Assembly (NCBI GenBank): GCA_030531905.1
Contig: JAUNMG010000007.1
Location: 1-54,864, forward strand
Direction of reading: 5' to 3'
DNA: 54,864 bases
From: a bacterium
GTDB taxonomy: Bacteria; Bacillota_I; Bacilli_A; RF39; UBA660
Part shown: piece after piece, positions 8,398-18,140 of the stretch
Position numbering within the stretch: position 1 is the first letter of the stretch
Layout: every line of letters begins with the position of its first letter
Made by a program: the position numbers and the translations under genes
The notes under the pieces: model-generated
Databases searched by the model: none
What the model was told of the DNA's origin: nothing
The model's input: the letters and a program-made list of their open reading frames with translations, nothing else

Positions 8398-10122
8398 ATG
8401 AATAATAATGATTTAACTAATGAAATTAGATCAAAAGTTGATATTGTTGATATCATAGGAGAAAGAATACCTCTTGTTTCTAAAGGAAAAAATTTCTTTG
8501 GAGTATGTCCTTTTCATGAAGATACAAACCCATCTATGAGTGTGTCTAGAGAAAAACAAATTTATCGTTGTTTTTCTTGTGGCGCTAGTGGTAATGTTTT
8601 TACTTTTTTAATGAATTATGAACATATGAATTTTAAAGAAGTTTTAAAATACTTAGGCGATAAAGTAGGGGTAAATACATCATTTATTTCTACTATAAAA
8701 ACAAGTAACAAGTTTGATAATTTTTATAAGGCTTATTCTCTTAGTCAAAAATACTTTCAAAATAATTTAAATTCTGTTGAAGGAAGAGTTGCTAGGAAAT
8801 ATTTAGAAAATCGTAGTATTAATGAAGATATTATTAAAGAGTTTGGAATTGGTTTATCTTTAGATAAATATGATGATTTAACTAAACTTTTACAAAATAA
8901 AAATTATGATTTAGCAACACTTAATAAAATAGGATTATCTTCAGATACTCATGATATATATGTAAATAGAATTATGTTTCCACTTCATGATCCATATGGT
9001 AATATTGTTGGTTTTTCAGGTAGAATTTATAACGGGGAAAAAGCTAATAAATATGTTAATACCAAAGAAACTATAATCTTTAAAAAGGGTGAATGCTTAT
9101 ATCATTATCATATAGCAAGAGATAGCGCAAGAACTAGTAAATGTGTAATAGTAATGGAAGGATTTATGGATGTTATAAGAACTTCTTCCATTGGAATTAA
9201 AAACACAGTAGCCATTATGGGAACAGCTTTAACTAAAGAACAAATAAAACTTATTAAAAGATTATCTAATAATGTTATTATCTGTTTAGATGGTGATGGC
9301 CCTGGAAGACACGCTGCTAAAAATATAGGTGAAGTTCTAAATGATGAAGGATTTAATGTCAAGATAGTTACTTTACCTGATCCAGATGATCCTGATACTT
9401 TTATTTTAAATAACGGAAAAGAACGTTTTGAAGCATTGATTGAAAATGCTTTAAATTATAGTGATTATAAAATACAGACTTTAAAAGAGAATGTTAATTT
9501 TCAAAGTGAAGAAGAATTATCTAATTATATAAATAATGTTTTAATAGAAACTTCTAAGATAGATGATGAGATACGAGTTGAAATAATTTTAAAAAAACTT
9601 GCAAAAGATTACAATATAGGGTATAATACACTCGAAAAAAGGTTTAATAATTTGAAAAAACCAAAAGAAGAAGCACCAAAGATTGAAAATATCAAAAAAA
9701 TCCGTAAAAGAAAAGATAAATATCAACAAGCAATGGAACAGATAATTAATTTTATGCTTAATAATTCCTGGGTAATTGAAATGGTAGACAAAGAACAAAT
9801 TATATATCCTACCAATGAGTTAAGACTTCTTGCCAGTGAAATTATTTACTACTTTAAAAAACACCAAGAGTTTATTTTGGCGGACTTTTTTACGTATTTA
9901 CAAGATAAACCTGATTTGTTAAAGCTACTTAATGATATTGTCTCAAATAATTATATTGAAACGGCCTCAAAAGACTCCTTATTTACTTATTTTAAAGTAA
10001 TGAGAAATTATAGTATGTCTAGGCAGATAGAAAGATTAGAAGAGAAAATGAGACAAGAACAAGATCCTGATAGACAGGCTTTGGTAGTAGAACAGATTAG
10101 AAAGCTAAAGTTAGGAGAATAG
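8398..10122 (+). CDS. dnaG: DNA primase
   Basis: Zn finger [10 protein letters not shown]...CFSCG; RIMFP; TOPRIM EGFMDV and LDGDGPG; DPD. Confidence 0.97.
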   Translation: MNNNDLTNEIRSKVDIVDIIGERIPLVSKGKNFFGVCPFHEDTNPSMSVSREKQIYRCFSCGASGNVFTFLMNYEHMNFKEVLKYLGDKVGVNTSFISTIKTSNKFDNFYKAYSLSQKYFQNNLNSVEGRVARKYLENRSINEDIIKEFGIGLSLDKYDDLTKLLQNKNYDLATLNKIGLSSDTHDIYVNRIMFPLHDPYGNIVGFSGRIYNGEKANKYVNTKETIIFKKGECLYHYHIARDSARTSKCVIVMEGFMDVIRTSSIGIKNTVAIMGTALTKEQIKLIKRLSNNVIICLDGDGPGRHAAKNIGEVLNDEGFNVKIVTLPDPDDPDTFILNNGKERFEALIENALNYSDYKIQTLKENVNFQSEEELSNYINNVLIETSKIDDEIRVEIILKKLAKDYNIGYNTLEKRFNNLKKPKEEAPKIENIKKIRKRKDKYQQAMEQIINFMLNNSWVIEMVDKEQIIYPTNELRLLASEIIYYFKKHQEFILADFFTYLQDKPDLLKLLNDIVSNNYIETASKDSLFTYFKVMRNYSMSRQIERLEEKMRQEQDPDRQALVVEQIRKLKLGE

Positions 10123-10124
10123 AT

Positions 10125-11216
10125 ATGGTTGGAGAAATTAAAACACTAGATGAAAGAAAAAAAAGATTAATTGCCTTAGGTAAAAAACAAGGATTTGTTA
10201 CATATGAACAATTAGCAGATGAATTAAAAGGATTAGATGTAGATAGCGATTCACTAGATGATTTATATAATGCTTTAACAGAAGCAGAAATTGAAATTGT
10301 TTCTGAAGATGGTAGTGATGATGCTAGTGGAGAAGAAATCACAGATACAGTTCAAGTTGAAGATTTAACAATGTCTAAAGATATCAAAATTAATGATCCT
10401 GTTAGAATGTATTTAAAAGAAATTGGACGTATTAACTTGTTAACTTCAGATGAAGAATTTGAGTATGCAAAACGTGCTGAAGAAGGAGATGAAGAAGCTA
10501 AAAGAATGCTTGCTGAATCTAACCTTCGTTTAGTTGTATCTATTGCTAAACGTTATGTAGGACGTGGAATGTTATTTCTAGATTTAATTCAAGAAGGAAA
10601 TATTGGACTTATGAAAGCTGTAGATAAATTTGATCCAACTAAAGGTTATAAATTTTCAACATATGCAACTTGGTGGATAAGACAAGCTATCACTCGTGCA
10701 ATTGCTGATCAAGCAAGAACAATTCGTGTACCAGTTCATATGGTTGAAACAATTAATAAACTTGCTCGTGTTCAACGTCAATTAACTCAAGATTTAAACC
10801 GTGAACCAACAGATGAAGAAATAGCTAAGAAGTTAGGAATTACTGTTGAAAAGGTTCGTGAAGTATATAAAATTAGTCAAGATCCAGTATCTTTAGAAAC
10901 ACCAATTGGTGAAGAAGAAGATTCACATTTAGGAGATTTCGTACCAGATGAAAGAGATTTAGGACCAGAAGAATATACAACAGTTGAAATGCTAAAAGAA
11001 GAATTAGCAGGTGTATTATTAACTTTAACTGATCGTGAAGAAAAAGTTTTACGCTTACGTTTTGGACTTGATGATGGACAATGTAGAACTCTAGAAGAAG
11101 TAGGACAAATCTTCGGAGTTACTCGTGAACGTATCAGACAAATTGAAGCTAAAGCACTTCGTAAATTAAGACATCCATCTCGTTCTAGAAAACTAAAGGA
11201 TTTCTTAACAGACTAA
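10125..11216 (+). CDS. rpoD: Primary RNA polymerase sigma factor SigA/RpoD
   Basis: [71 protein letters not shown]; follows dnaG. Confidence 0.98.
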   Translation: MVGEIKTLDERKKRLIALGKKQGFVTYEQLADELKGLDVDSDSLDDLYNALTEAEIEIVSEDGSDDASGEEITDTVQVEDLTMSKDIKINDPVRMYLKEIGRINLLTSDEEFEYAKRAEEGDEEAKRMLAESNLRLVVSIAKRYVGRGMLFLDLIQEGNIGLMKAVDKFDPTKGYKFSTYATWWIRQAITRAIADQARTIRVPVHMVETINKLARVQRQLTQDLNREPTDEEIAKKLGITVEKVREVYKISQDPVSLETPIGEEEDSHLGDFVPDERDLGPEEYTTVEMLKEELAGVLLTLTDREEKVLRLRFGLDDGQCRTLEEVGQIFGVTRERIRQIEAKALRKLRHPSRSRKLKDFLTD

Positions 11217-11881
11217 TGAAAATAAATGATAGACTTAAAAAAATAGGGGATTTAGTGGATGCTAATTCCCTATGTTTGGATATAGGGTGTGATCATGCTT
11301 TATTAGATATTTATCTAGTAAAAGAAAAAAATCAACAGAAAGCAATTGCGTCAGATATTGCTTTAGGACCACTTGAAAAAGCAAATGAAAACATTAAAAA
11401 ATATAGAGTAGAAGATAAAGTTATTACTCGTTTAGGCAATGGACTTGATACATATACAGATGATATTGATACAGCAATAGCATCAGGTATGGGTGGACGT
11501 ACAATTATTGGTATATTTAAAAATAATTTAAAAATAACTAAAAAATTAAACCAGATAATAGTGTCCCCAAATAATTACCAGAAAGATGTTCGAAAATTTT
11601 TTACAAGTATTGGTTTTTATATAGAAGATGAAGAATTAGTTAAAGATGGAAAATATATATATCAAATCATAAAATTAAAAAAGGGAAGGAAAAGATATTC
11701 AAAAAAAGAAATGTTTTTTGGACCTGTTTTACTTACTAAGAAAAACAAACTATTTAAAGATTATTTTACTAGAGAATTAACATCTAGAAAAATAATGATA
11801 GATTTACTTCCTAAAAATTATAGATTAAAAAAATACCTAACAAAAAAAGAAATAACTATGATAGAAAAAGAACTTTCATAG
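11216..11881 (+). CDS. trmK: tRNA (adenine(22)-N1)-methyltransferase
   Basis: DIGCDHALL, RLGNGL, SGMGG motifs; conserved position after sigA. Confidence 0.9.
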   Translation: MKINDRLKKIGDLVDANSLCLDIGCDHALLDIYLVKEKNQQKAIASDIALGPLEKANENIKKYRVEDKVITRLGNGLDTYTDDIDTAIASGMGGRTIIGIFKNNLKITKKLNQIIVSPNNYQKDVRKFFTSIGFYIEDEELVKDGKYIYQIIKLKKGRKRYSKKEMFFGPVLLTKKNKLFKDYFTRELTSRKIMIDLLPKNYRLKKYLTKKEITMIEKELS

Positions 11882-12244
11882 TTATTTTTTTTCTTTATTA
11901 ATACCAATCATACTACCAAGTACTGTAGTTATTATAAAAATTAGATAATATAAGATAAGTCTTAATTTAAAGTATGGTCTAAAAAATATTAGTGATATTA
12001 CTAAGAAAATAGCGACTATCAAACTACCAAGTTTGAATCCTTCAAGATAACCTTTTTTATCTGTCTTTTTCCCTAAATTATAACTTGACATAAATAAAAT
12101 TAATAAAATTAGAAGTGGTCTTAAATACTTTACCAAATTACTACTTATAATATCAAAATAATAAAATGTTGATACTATTAATAAACCTACAAATATTGAG
12201 ATTAAAGTGGCTATTAATTGTTTTGAAAATGATTTAATATCCAT
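11882..12244 (-). CDS. TIGR04086/YrzE-like four-TM membrane protein
   Basis: Four hydrophobic helices, GKK..KKGYLEG, GSMIGIN end; ATG 12244 with GGAGG RBS; divergent from DUF421 gene. Confidence 0.7.
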   Translation of the reverse strand: MDIKSFSKQLIATLISIFVGLLIVSTFYYFDIISSNLVKYLRPLLILLILFMSSYNLGKKTDKKGYLEGFKLGSLIVAIFLVISLIFFRPYFKLRLILYYLIFIITTVLGSMIGINKEKK

Positions 12245-12322
12245 GTAATGTTCCTCCAGTAAAACATATGATGATGTATAAAAAAATATACCATTAATCA
12301 TAATAAGATTAGAGGTGAAGAT

Positions 12323-12961
12323 ATGGACGTTTTAATAGTTTTGTTTAGAACCTTACTTTTCTATGTAATCATTACGGTAGTTTATCGTTTTATGGGAAAA
12401 AGAGAAGTAGGAGAATTATCAATAATGGATTTAATTGTCTCAATTTTAATAGCAGAACTTGCAGCTATTGCGATAGATAAATATAAATCAAATCTTTTAA
12501 TAACAATAATACCTATATGTGTCTTAGTTCTTGTTCAAATAGTAATTGCCAAAATATCCTTAAAAAGTCCTAATGTTCGTGAGAAAATAGAAGGAGTTCC
12601 ATCAGTTATCATTAATAGAGGAAAAATTAATTTTAAAGAAATGTTAAAACAAAGATATAATTTAGATGATTTATTAACTCAACTTAGAGAAAAAGGTATT
12701 AGATCAATTGATGAAGTTGATTATGCAATATTAGAAACTAGTGGTAAATTATCAGTATTTGAAAAAGGAAATAATAAGAATTTTCCACTACCAGTTATCT
12801 TAGATGGAGAAATAGATTATGAAACTTTAGCTCAAATCAAAAAAGATGAACAATGGTTAGATAAAGTTTTAAAAGAAAGAAATCTTGTTCTTGATAATGT
12901 TTTTTATGCCTTTTATAAAGATAAAAATTTATTTATAATTGAAAAAGAAACTGTTAAATAG
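12323..12961 (+). CDS. DUF421 (YetF/YrbG-like) membrane protein
   Basis: RFMGKREVGELS..D, EGVPSVII..G, LREKGI..I.EV.YAILETSGKLSV. Confidence 0.88.
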   Translation: MDVLIVLFRTLLFYVIITVVYRFMGKREVGELSIMDLIVSILIAELAAIAIDKYKSNLLITIIPICVLVLVQIVIAKISLKSPNVREKIEGVPSVIINRGKINFKEMLKQRYNLDDLLTQLREKGIRSIDEVDYAILETSGKLSVFEKGNNKNFPLPVILDGEIDYETLAQIKKDEQWLDKVLKERNLVLDNVFYAFYKDKNLFIIEKETVK

Positions 12962-13009
12962 ACAAATTTCTTAAAAAAGAACACCTATAATAGTTATGGG
13001 TGATTTTTT

Positions 13010-14179
13010 ATGAAAACTAAAATTTTAGTACTATTTGTCTTTTTATTAGTAGCGTATCTTTTTTTTATTCCTGTAAAAGACTATGAAAGAAAAGCTTCAA
13101 AAAAAGAAGAAAAAAGGGCAGTATTTATAAGTTATATGGAACTTCAAAAATACTTAAAAGGTAAAGATGAAAAAACAGCTAAAGCTAATATTAATAAGAT
13201 GATTTCTGCTTTAAAAAGTAATAAATTTAATATGATTATTCTTCAGGTAAGAAGTTTTTCTGATGCTATATATGAATCACAATATTTTCCTTGGAGTATG
13301 GTAATATCAGAAAATGAAGGAGAAGCTTATCACTTTGATGTTTTAGCTTATTTTATTGAAATGTCCCATAAGAATAATTTAGAATTACATGCTTGGATTA
13401 ACCCTTATAGAATTAGAACTAATAATGATGTTAGTACTATAACTGTTAAAAATCCCGCTTATAATCTTTTAGAAACAAATGATGTTGATATAAGTGATAA
13501 TGGGATTTATTATAATCCAGCATCTAGTAATGTTCAAAAACTAATTTTAGATGGTATAGAAGAAATTTTAGAAAACTATCAAGTAGATGGAATTCATTTT
13601 GATGATTATTTTTATCCTAATTTAGATATAGATAATGAAAATTATTTAGAATATTCTAAACACAATGATATTTCTAAAGATAAATATCATTTATTAATGG
13701 TTAATAATTTAGTAAAAGAAACTCACAAATTAACTAAAAAACATCATGTTGTATTTGGTATTTCTCCAGAAGGAAATATAGAAAATAACTATTCTAAAAA
13801 TCAAGCAGATGTATATACATGGGCTAAAAGTAATGAGTATGTTGATTATTTAATGCCTCAAATTTACTATGGATTTCAAAATGAAGCAGCTCCTTTTTAT
13901 AATGTTTTGAAAAAATGGGATAACCTAGTAAAGGAAAGTGATGTAAAAATCTTACCAGCACTTGCTTTTTACAAAAGTAATCAAGAAGATTTATATGCCA
14001 AAAATGGTAAATATGAATGGATAGAAAATGATGATATTATCATGAGACAAGTTCTTTTAAGCAGAAATATGCAAAGTTATGCAGGATTTGCTTTATTTAG
14101 GTATGATTCTATTTTTAAAGAAGAAGTGACAGAAGTTGTCAATAGTGAAATAAAAAATTTAAAAAAGATAATGGATTAG
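13010..14179 (+). CDS. Glycosyl hydrolase-like 10 (YngK/YddW-like) exported protein
   Basis: LQVR...DA.Y.S, ELHAWINPYR, YQVDGIHFDDYFYP, FGISP.G, VDYLMPQIY; N-terminal signal. Confidence 0.85.
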   Translation: MKTKILVLFVFLLVAYLFFIPVKDYERKASKKEEKRAVFISYMELQKYLKGKDEKTAKANINKMISALKSNKFNMIILQVRSFSDAIYESQYFPWSMVISENEGEAYHFDVLAYFIEMSHKNNLELHAWINPYRIRTNNDVSTITVKNPAYNLLETNDVDISDNGIYYNPASSNVQKLILDGIEEILENYQVDGIHFDDYFYPNLDIDNENYLEYSKHNDISKDKYHLLMVNNLVKETHKLTKKHHVVFGISPEGNIENNYSKNQADVYTWAKSNEYVDYLMPQIYYGFQNEAAPFYNVLKKWDNLVKESDVKILPALAFYKSNQEDLYAKNGKYEWIENDDIIMRQVLLSRNMQSYAGFALFRYDSIFKEEVTEVVNSEIKNLKKIMD

Positions 14180-14212
14180 AAATGTTTATGCTATAATTAA
14201 TTTGGTGATTAT

Positions 14213-14689
14213 ATGAATAATAAAGGTTTTACATTGGTAGAGTTACTTGCTACTATATCATTACTTGCTGTTTTAATGATGATAGCGGTACCTAATATTA
14301 TTGGAGTTGTTAATAGAAATAAAAACAAAACATATGTTGAGGATGCTAAAAAATTAGTTGCTCTTGCTGAATATAAGGTTAGATCAGATCCAGCTAATAA
14401 GCCAACAAATAAGGATATCTTTTGTTTTTCAATGAAAACTTTAGGAGAAGCAGAATTTGATACAACCGCTCCGAATGGTGGAAAATATGATGCTGATAAG
14501 TCTTATGTAAAAGTTACAAAAGGTGAAGATAATGCCTTACAATATAGTGTAGTGTTAGCAGAAGATAAGGATGGAAAATTTATTGGTATATTGAATGAAA
14601 CATTAGCTGATAATCTATATAAAGATAATGATATTGTCTCATTAATTACGTCTGGAAATGTTAGTGAATGTAGTGGGGTAAAAAAATAA
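14213..14689 (+). CDS. Type IV pilin / prepilin-type N-terminal cleavage-methylation protein
   Basis: NKGFTLVELLATISLLAVLMMIAVP class III signal. Confidence 0.9.
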   Translation: MNNKGFTLVELLATISLLAVLMMIAVPNIIGVVNRNKNKTYVEDAKKLVALAEYKVRSDPANKPTNKDIFCFSMKTLGEAEFDTTAPNGGKYDADKSYVKVTKGEDNALQYSVVLAEDKDGKFIGILNETLADNLYKDNDIVSLITSGNVSECSGVKK

Positions 14690-14759
14690 TATTATATTAC
14701 TTGATAAATGAAAATATATGTGATAATATTTAATTATATTGAAAATAGGAGTGGTACTA

Positions 14760-15314
14760 ATGAGTATTAAAAAACTAATGAGTATTAAAAAAAATAATAA
14801 AGGTTTTACATTAATTGAATTATTAGCAGTAATAGTTATTTTAGGAGTTTTAATGATTATAGCAGTGCCAATGGTAACAAAATACATAAAGCAAGCAAAA
14901 CAAGATGCTTTTGTTGATACAGCTAAGGCATATATTAATTCAGCAAGATATGGTTACCTAAATGGTGATTATACAAATCCAGAAGACCCTAAAGGTAATT
15001 GCGATACGCTAGATTCTGGAACTGGTGGTACAATTTATATAAAATTCAGATATATTGAGGTTGACAAAACAGGTGGAAAATCATCTTTTAATAAAACAAT
15101 AGAACAAGATAAAAGCTACGTTAAAATAAAATCTACGGAAAATGGTCAGTATATATATTCGGTATATATGATAGATGATGGTGGTAATGCTATAAATGAA
15201 ACTGAGGAGAAAAATTTAACTAGAACAAGCGTTGTAACTAATGGAACTTCAAATATTGTTCCAGCTTCTGCATGCAAACATGATACTTACGATTACTTAC
15301 CTAAACAATCATAA
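14760..15314 (+). CDS. Type IV pilin / prepilin-type N-terminal cleavage-methylation protein
   Basis: NKGFTLIELLAVIVILGVLMIIAVP; ATG 14760 follows AGGAG RBS. Confidence 0.9.
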   Translation: MSIKKLMSIKKNNKGFTLIELLAVIVILGVLMIIAVPMVTKYIKQAKQDAFVDTAKAYINSARYGYLNGDYTNPEDPKGNCDTLDSGTGGTIYIKFRYIEVDKTGGKSSFNKTIEQDKSYVKIKSTENGQYIYSVYMIDDGGNAINETEEKNLTRTSVVTNGTSNIVPASACKHDTYDYLPKQS

Positions 15315-15394
15315 AAAGCAAGAACTTAGATTTTTCTAAGTTTTTCTTATGCAAAAATATAAATTTATGTTATCCTATTGATAGGAGTGATTTT

Positions 15395-16279
15395 ATGAAT
15401 GATACATTGTTAATTGGTAGCCATGTTGCCTATAAAAAAGATAGTCAAATACTAGGAAGTCTAGAAGAAGCATTAAGTTATGGTGAAACAACCTTTATGT
15501 TTTATACAGGAGCTCCTCAAAATACCATGAGAAGTCCAATTAATGAAGAACTAGTTGAAAAAGCAAAACAAAAAATGAAAGAAAATAATATAGATTATAG
15601 TAAAGTAGTAGTTCATGCCCCATATATAATTAATTTAGCTAATAACACATCAGAGGAAAAATATAATTTTTCAATTAATTTTTTGAAAGAAGAAGTATCA
15701 CGTTGCGAGAAACTTGGAATTAAATATATGGTTTTACATCCAGGAAGTCATGTAGGTCTTGGAGTAGATGTTGGTATAAAAAATATCATTGATGGCTTAA
15801 ATCAAATACTTGTAGACACTTCTGTTACAATTCTTTTAGAAACAATGGCAGGTAAGGGCAGTGAAATAGGTGTTAATTTTCAAGAAATAAAAAAAATAAT
15901 TACTGGTGTTAAAAATAAAAAAAATATTGGTGTGTGCCTAGATACATGTCATTTAAATGATGCTGGATATGACGTTAAAAACTTTGATACGTTACTTGAT
16001 TATTTTGATGAAGTAGTGGGATTAGAATTCGTAAAATGTATTCATATAAATGATAGTAAAAATGAAATGTCTTCTCATAAAGATAGACATGAAAATATTG
16101 GATTTGGAACAATTGGATTTGATAGTTTAATAAAAATAATTTACAATGAAAGACTAAAAGATATTCCTAAAATTTTAGAAACACCATATGTAGGAAAAGA
16201 ATCTCCTTACAAATTAGAAATAGATATGATAAGAAATAAAACATTTGATTCCAAATTAAAAGAAAAATTAGAAAAATAA
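15395..16279 (+). CDS. nfo: Endonuclease IV
   Basis: IGSHV, HAPYIINLAN, VLHPGSH, LETMAGKGSEIG, CLDTCH, HINDSK...KDRHENIG, ILETP. Confidence 0.95.
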   Translation: MNDTLLIGSHVAYKKDSQILGSLEEALSYGETTFMFYTGAPQNTMRSPINEELVEKAKQKMKENNIDYSKVVVHAPYIINLANNTSEEKYNFSINFLKEEVSRCEKLGIKYMVLHPGSHVGLGVDVGIKNIIDGLNQILVDTSVTILLETMAGKGSEIGVNFQEIKKIITGVKNKKNIGVCLDTCHLNDAGYDVKNFDTLLDYFDEVVGLEFVKCIHINDSKNEMSSHKDRHENIGFGTIGFDSLIKIIYNERLKDIPKILETPYVGKESPYKLEIDMIRNKTFDSKLKEKLEK

Positions 16280-16288
16280 AAATTTATG

Positions 16289-16319
16289 GAAGCGTATAAA
16301 ATAACGCTTCTTTTTTTTG
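16289..16319 (+). terminator. Intrinsic terminator after nfo
   Basis: gaagcgt-N8-acgcttc followed by T run. Confidence 0.7.
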
Positions 16320-16407
16320 TCAAATATGTGTAAATAACAAAAAAAACTTAAAAAAAGTTAATTTCTTAATTTACAAAGACTGGTAGTTAGAGTAATATAT
16401 AATTAAC

Positions 16408-16435
16408 CAGTGGTAGAAAGTGGTGGAAAGTGGGG
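16408..16435 (+). promoter_or_regulatory. MraZ operator (GTGG direct repeats)
   Basis: GTGG at 16410, 16420 and 16430 (10-nt period) just upstream of mraZ, matching the known MraZ binding repeats. Confidence 0.75.
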
Positions 16436-16441
16436 GATTAT

Positions 16442-16879
16442 ATGTTCATGGGTGAATATCATCATAATATTGATGATAAAAACAGACTTATTATTCCTTC
16501 TAAATTCCGTGATGAATTAGGAGAAGAGTTTATTATTACTCGTGGAATCGATGCTTGTTTGTTTGTCTACTCTAAGAGTAGCTTTCAAAAAATCGTTGAT
16601 AAATTAGAAACCCTACCATTTACTAAAAAAGATGCTAGAAACTTTAATCGTTTCTTCTTATCTGGTGCTGCTGCAGTAGAATTAGATAAACAAGGACGTG
16701 CAGGTATCAGTCAAACATTAACAAATTATGCTGCTTTAGATAAAGAGTGTGTTGTGATTGGTGTTGGTGATCGTCTAGAAATTTGGGCCAAAGAAAATTG
16801 GGATAATTTCTATAATTCTGCGAAAGATAATATGTCTGATATAGCTGAAAACTTATTTGATGGGGGTCTAGATTTATGA
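16442..16879 (+). CDS. mraZ: Division/cell wall cluster transcriptional repressor MraZ
   Basis: MFMGEYHHNIDDKNRLIIPSKFR, ELDKQGR, IGVGDRLEIW; start placed at the conserved MFMGEY. Confidence 0.95.
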   Translation: MFMGEYHHNIDDKNRLIIPSKFRDELGEEFIITRGIDACLFVYSKSSFQKIVDKLETLPFTKKDARNFNRFFLSGAAAVELDKQGRAGISQTLTNYAALDKECVVIGVGDRLEIWAKENWDNFYNSAKDNMSDIAENLFDGGLDL

Positions 16880-17802
16880 AGCATATAAGTGTTTTATTAG
16901 AAGAAGCAGTTAATGCTCTTAATTTAGACGAAAATAGTATTGTTGTTGATGCAACACTTGGTTATGCAGGACATAGTAGTGAAATTTTAAAAAGAATAAA
17001 AAGAGGAAGACTATTCGCCTTCGATCAAGATAGTGAAGCAATTAAATATAGTACTGATCGTTTAACCTCGGTTGGTACTAACTTCACTATCATTAAAAGT
17101 AATTTTGTTCATTTAAAAGAAAAATTAAATGAATTAGGTGTTGAAAAAGTTGATGCTTGTTTATTTGACCTTGGAGTATCTTCTCCACAACTAGATGAAC
17201 AAGAAAGAGGCTTTAGTTATCATTTGGATGCTAAGCTTGACATGAGAATGAATCAAGAACAAGATTTTAGTGCTTATGATGTCGTTAACACCTATAGCAA
17301 AGAAGAACTTACAAAAATCTTTAATGATTATGGAGAAAGTAAGTTTTCAAGAAATATTGCTAATAAAATCATAGAGTATAGGAAAACAAAAAATATTGAA
17401 ACAACTTTAGAGTTAGCAGAAATAATTAAAACAGCTGTACCTATGAAATTTAGAATAGACAAACATCCAGCAAAACAGATTTTTCAAGCTATTAGAATTG
17501 AAGTAAATCATGAACTAGATGTTATAGAACCAGCCTTAGAACAAGCTTTAAGTATGCTTAATGTTGGAGGAAGAGTTGCAGTAATTACATTTCACTCCCT
17601 AGAAGATAGAATTGTAAAACGCTATTTCAAAAATGTTAGTGAAATAGATATAAAAGTAAAAGGACTTCCAAATATACCAGAAGAGTATTTACCGGATTAT
17701 AAATTAGTAGTTAATAAAGCTATACTTCCTTCAAAAGAGGAATTAGAAAATAATAAGAGAGCAAGAAGTGCAAAACTTAGAGTTATAGAAAAAATTAAAT
17801 AA
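16876..17802 (+). CDS. rsmH: 16S rRNA m4C1402 methyltransferase
   Basis: HISVLLEE, DATLGYAGHS, DLGVSSPQLD..ERGFSY, FQAIRIEVN, ITFHSLEDRIVK, RARSAKLR. Confidence 0.97.
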   Translation: MKHISVLLEEAVNALNLDENSIVVDATLGYAGHSSEILKRIKRGRLFAFDQDSEAIKYSTDRLTSVGTNFTIIKSNFVHLKEKLNELGVEKVDACLFDLGVSSPQLDEQERGFSYHLDAKLDMRMNQEQDFSAYDVVNTYSKEELTKIFNDYGESKFSRNIANKIIEYRKTKNIETTLELAEIIKTAVPMKFRIDKHPAKQIFQAIRIEVNHELDVIEPALEQALSMLNVGGRVAVITFHSLEDRIVKRYFKNVSEIDIKVKGLPNIPEEYLPDYKLVVNKAILPSKEELENNKRARSAKLRVIEKIK

Positions 17803-17808
17803 AAAGGG

Positions 17809-18123
17809 ATGATTTTCATGAAAAAGAAAAAAATGAAAAAACAATTAAAGATGTCTAAAACAGAAAAATTCTTATATACTTTAGCAGTTTTTCTATTATT
17901 AGTATCTCCACTTTCTATCGTGTTTTCCAAAGCAACACTTGCAAAAATAAACTTTGAAGTTGAACAACAAAAAAAAGAAATTGAAAAACAAGAAAAAACT
18001 AATGAAAGTATTTCTATGACAATTGATGAGTTAGCGTCTCTTACAAAAATCCAAGAGGTTGCAGCAAACCAAGGATTGAGTTATAATAATAATAATATAA
18101 GAACAATTACAGAAGATAAATAA
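17809..18123 (+). CDS. ftsL: Cell division protein FtsL
   Basis: Basic N-terminus, single TM, coiled coil; position between rsmH and pbp. Confidence 0.8.
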   Translation: MIFMKKKKMKKQLKMSKTEKFLYTLAVFLLLVSPLSIVFSKATLAKINFEVEQQKKEIEKQEKTNESISMTIDELASLTKIQEVAANQGLSYNNNNIRTITEDK

Positions 18124-18140
18124 TAAACGGATGTGATAAG

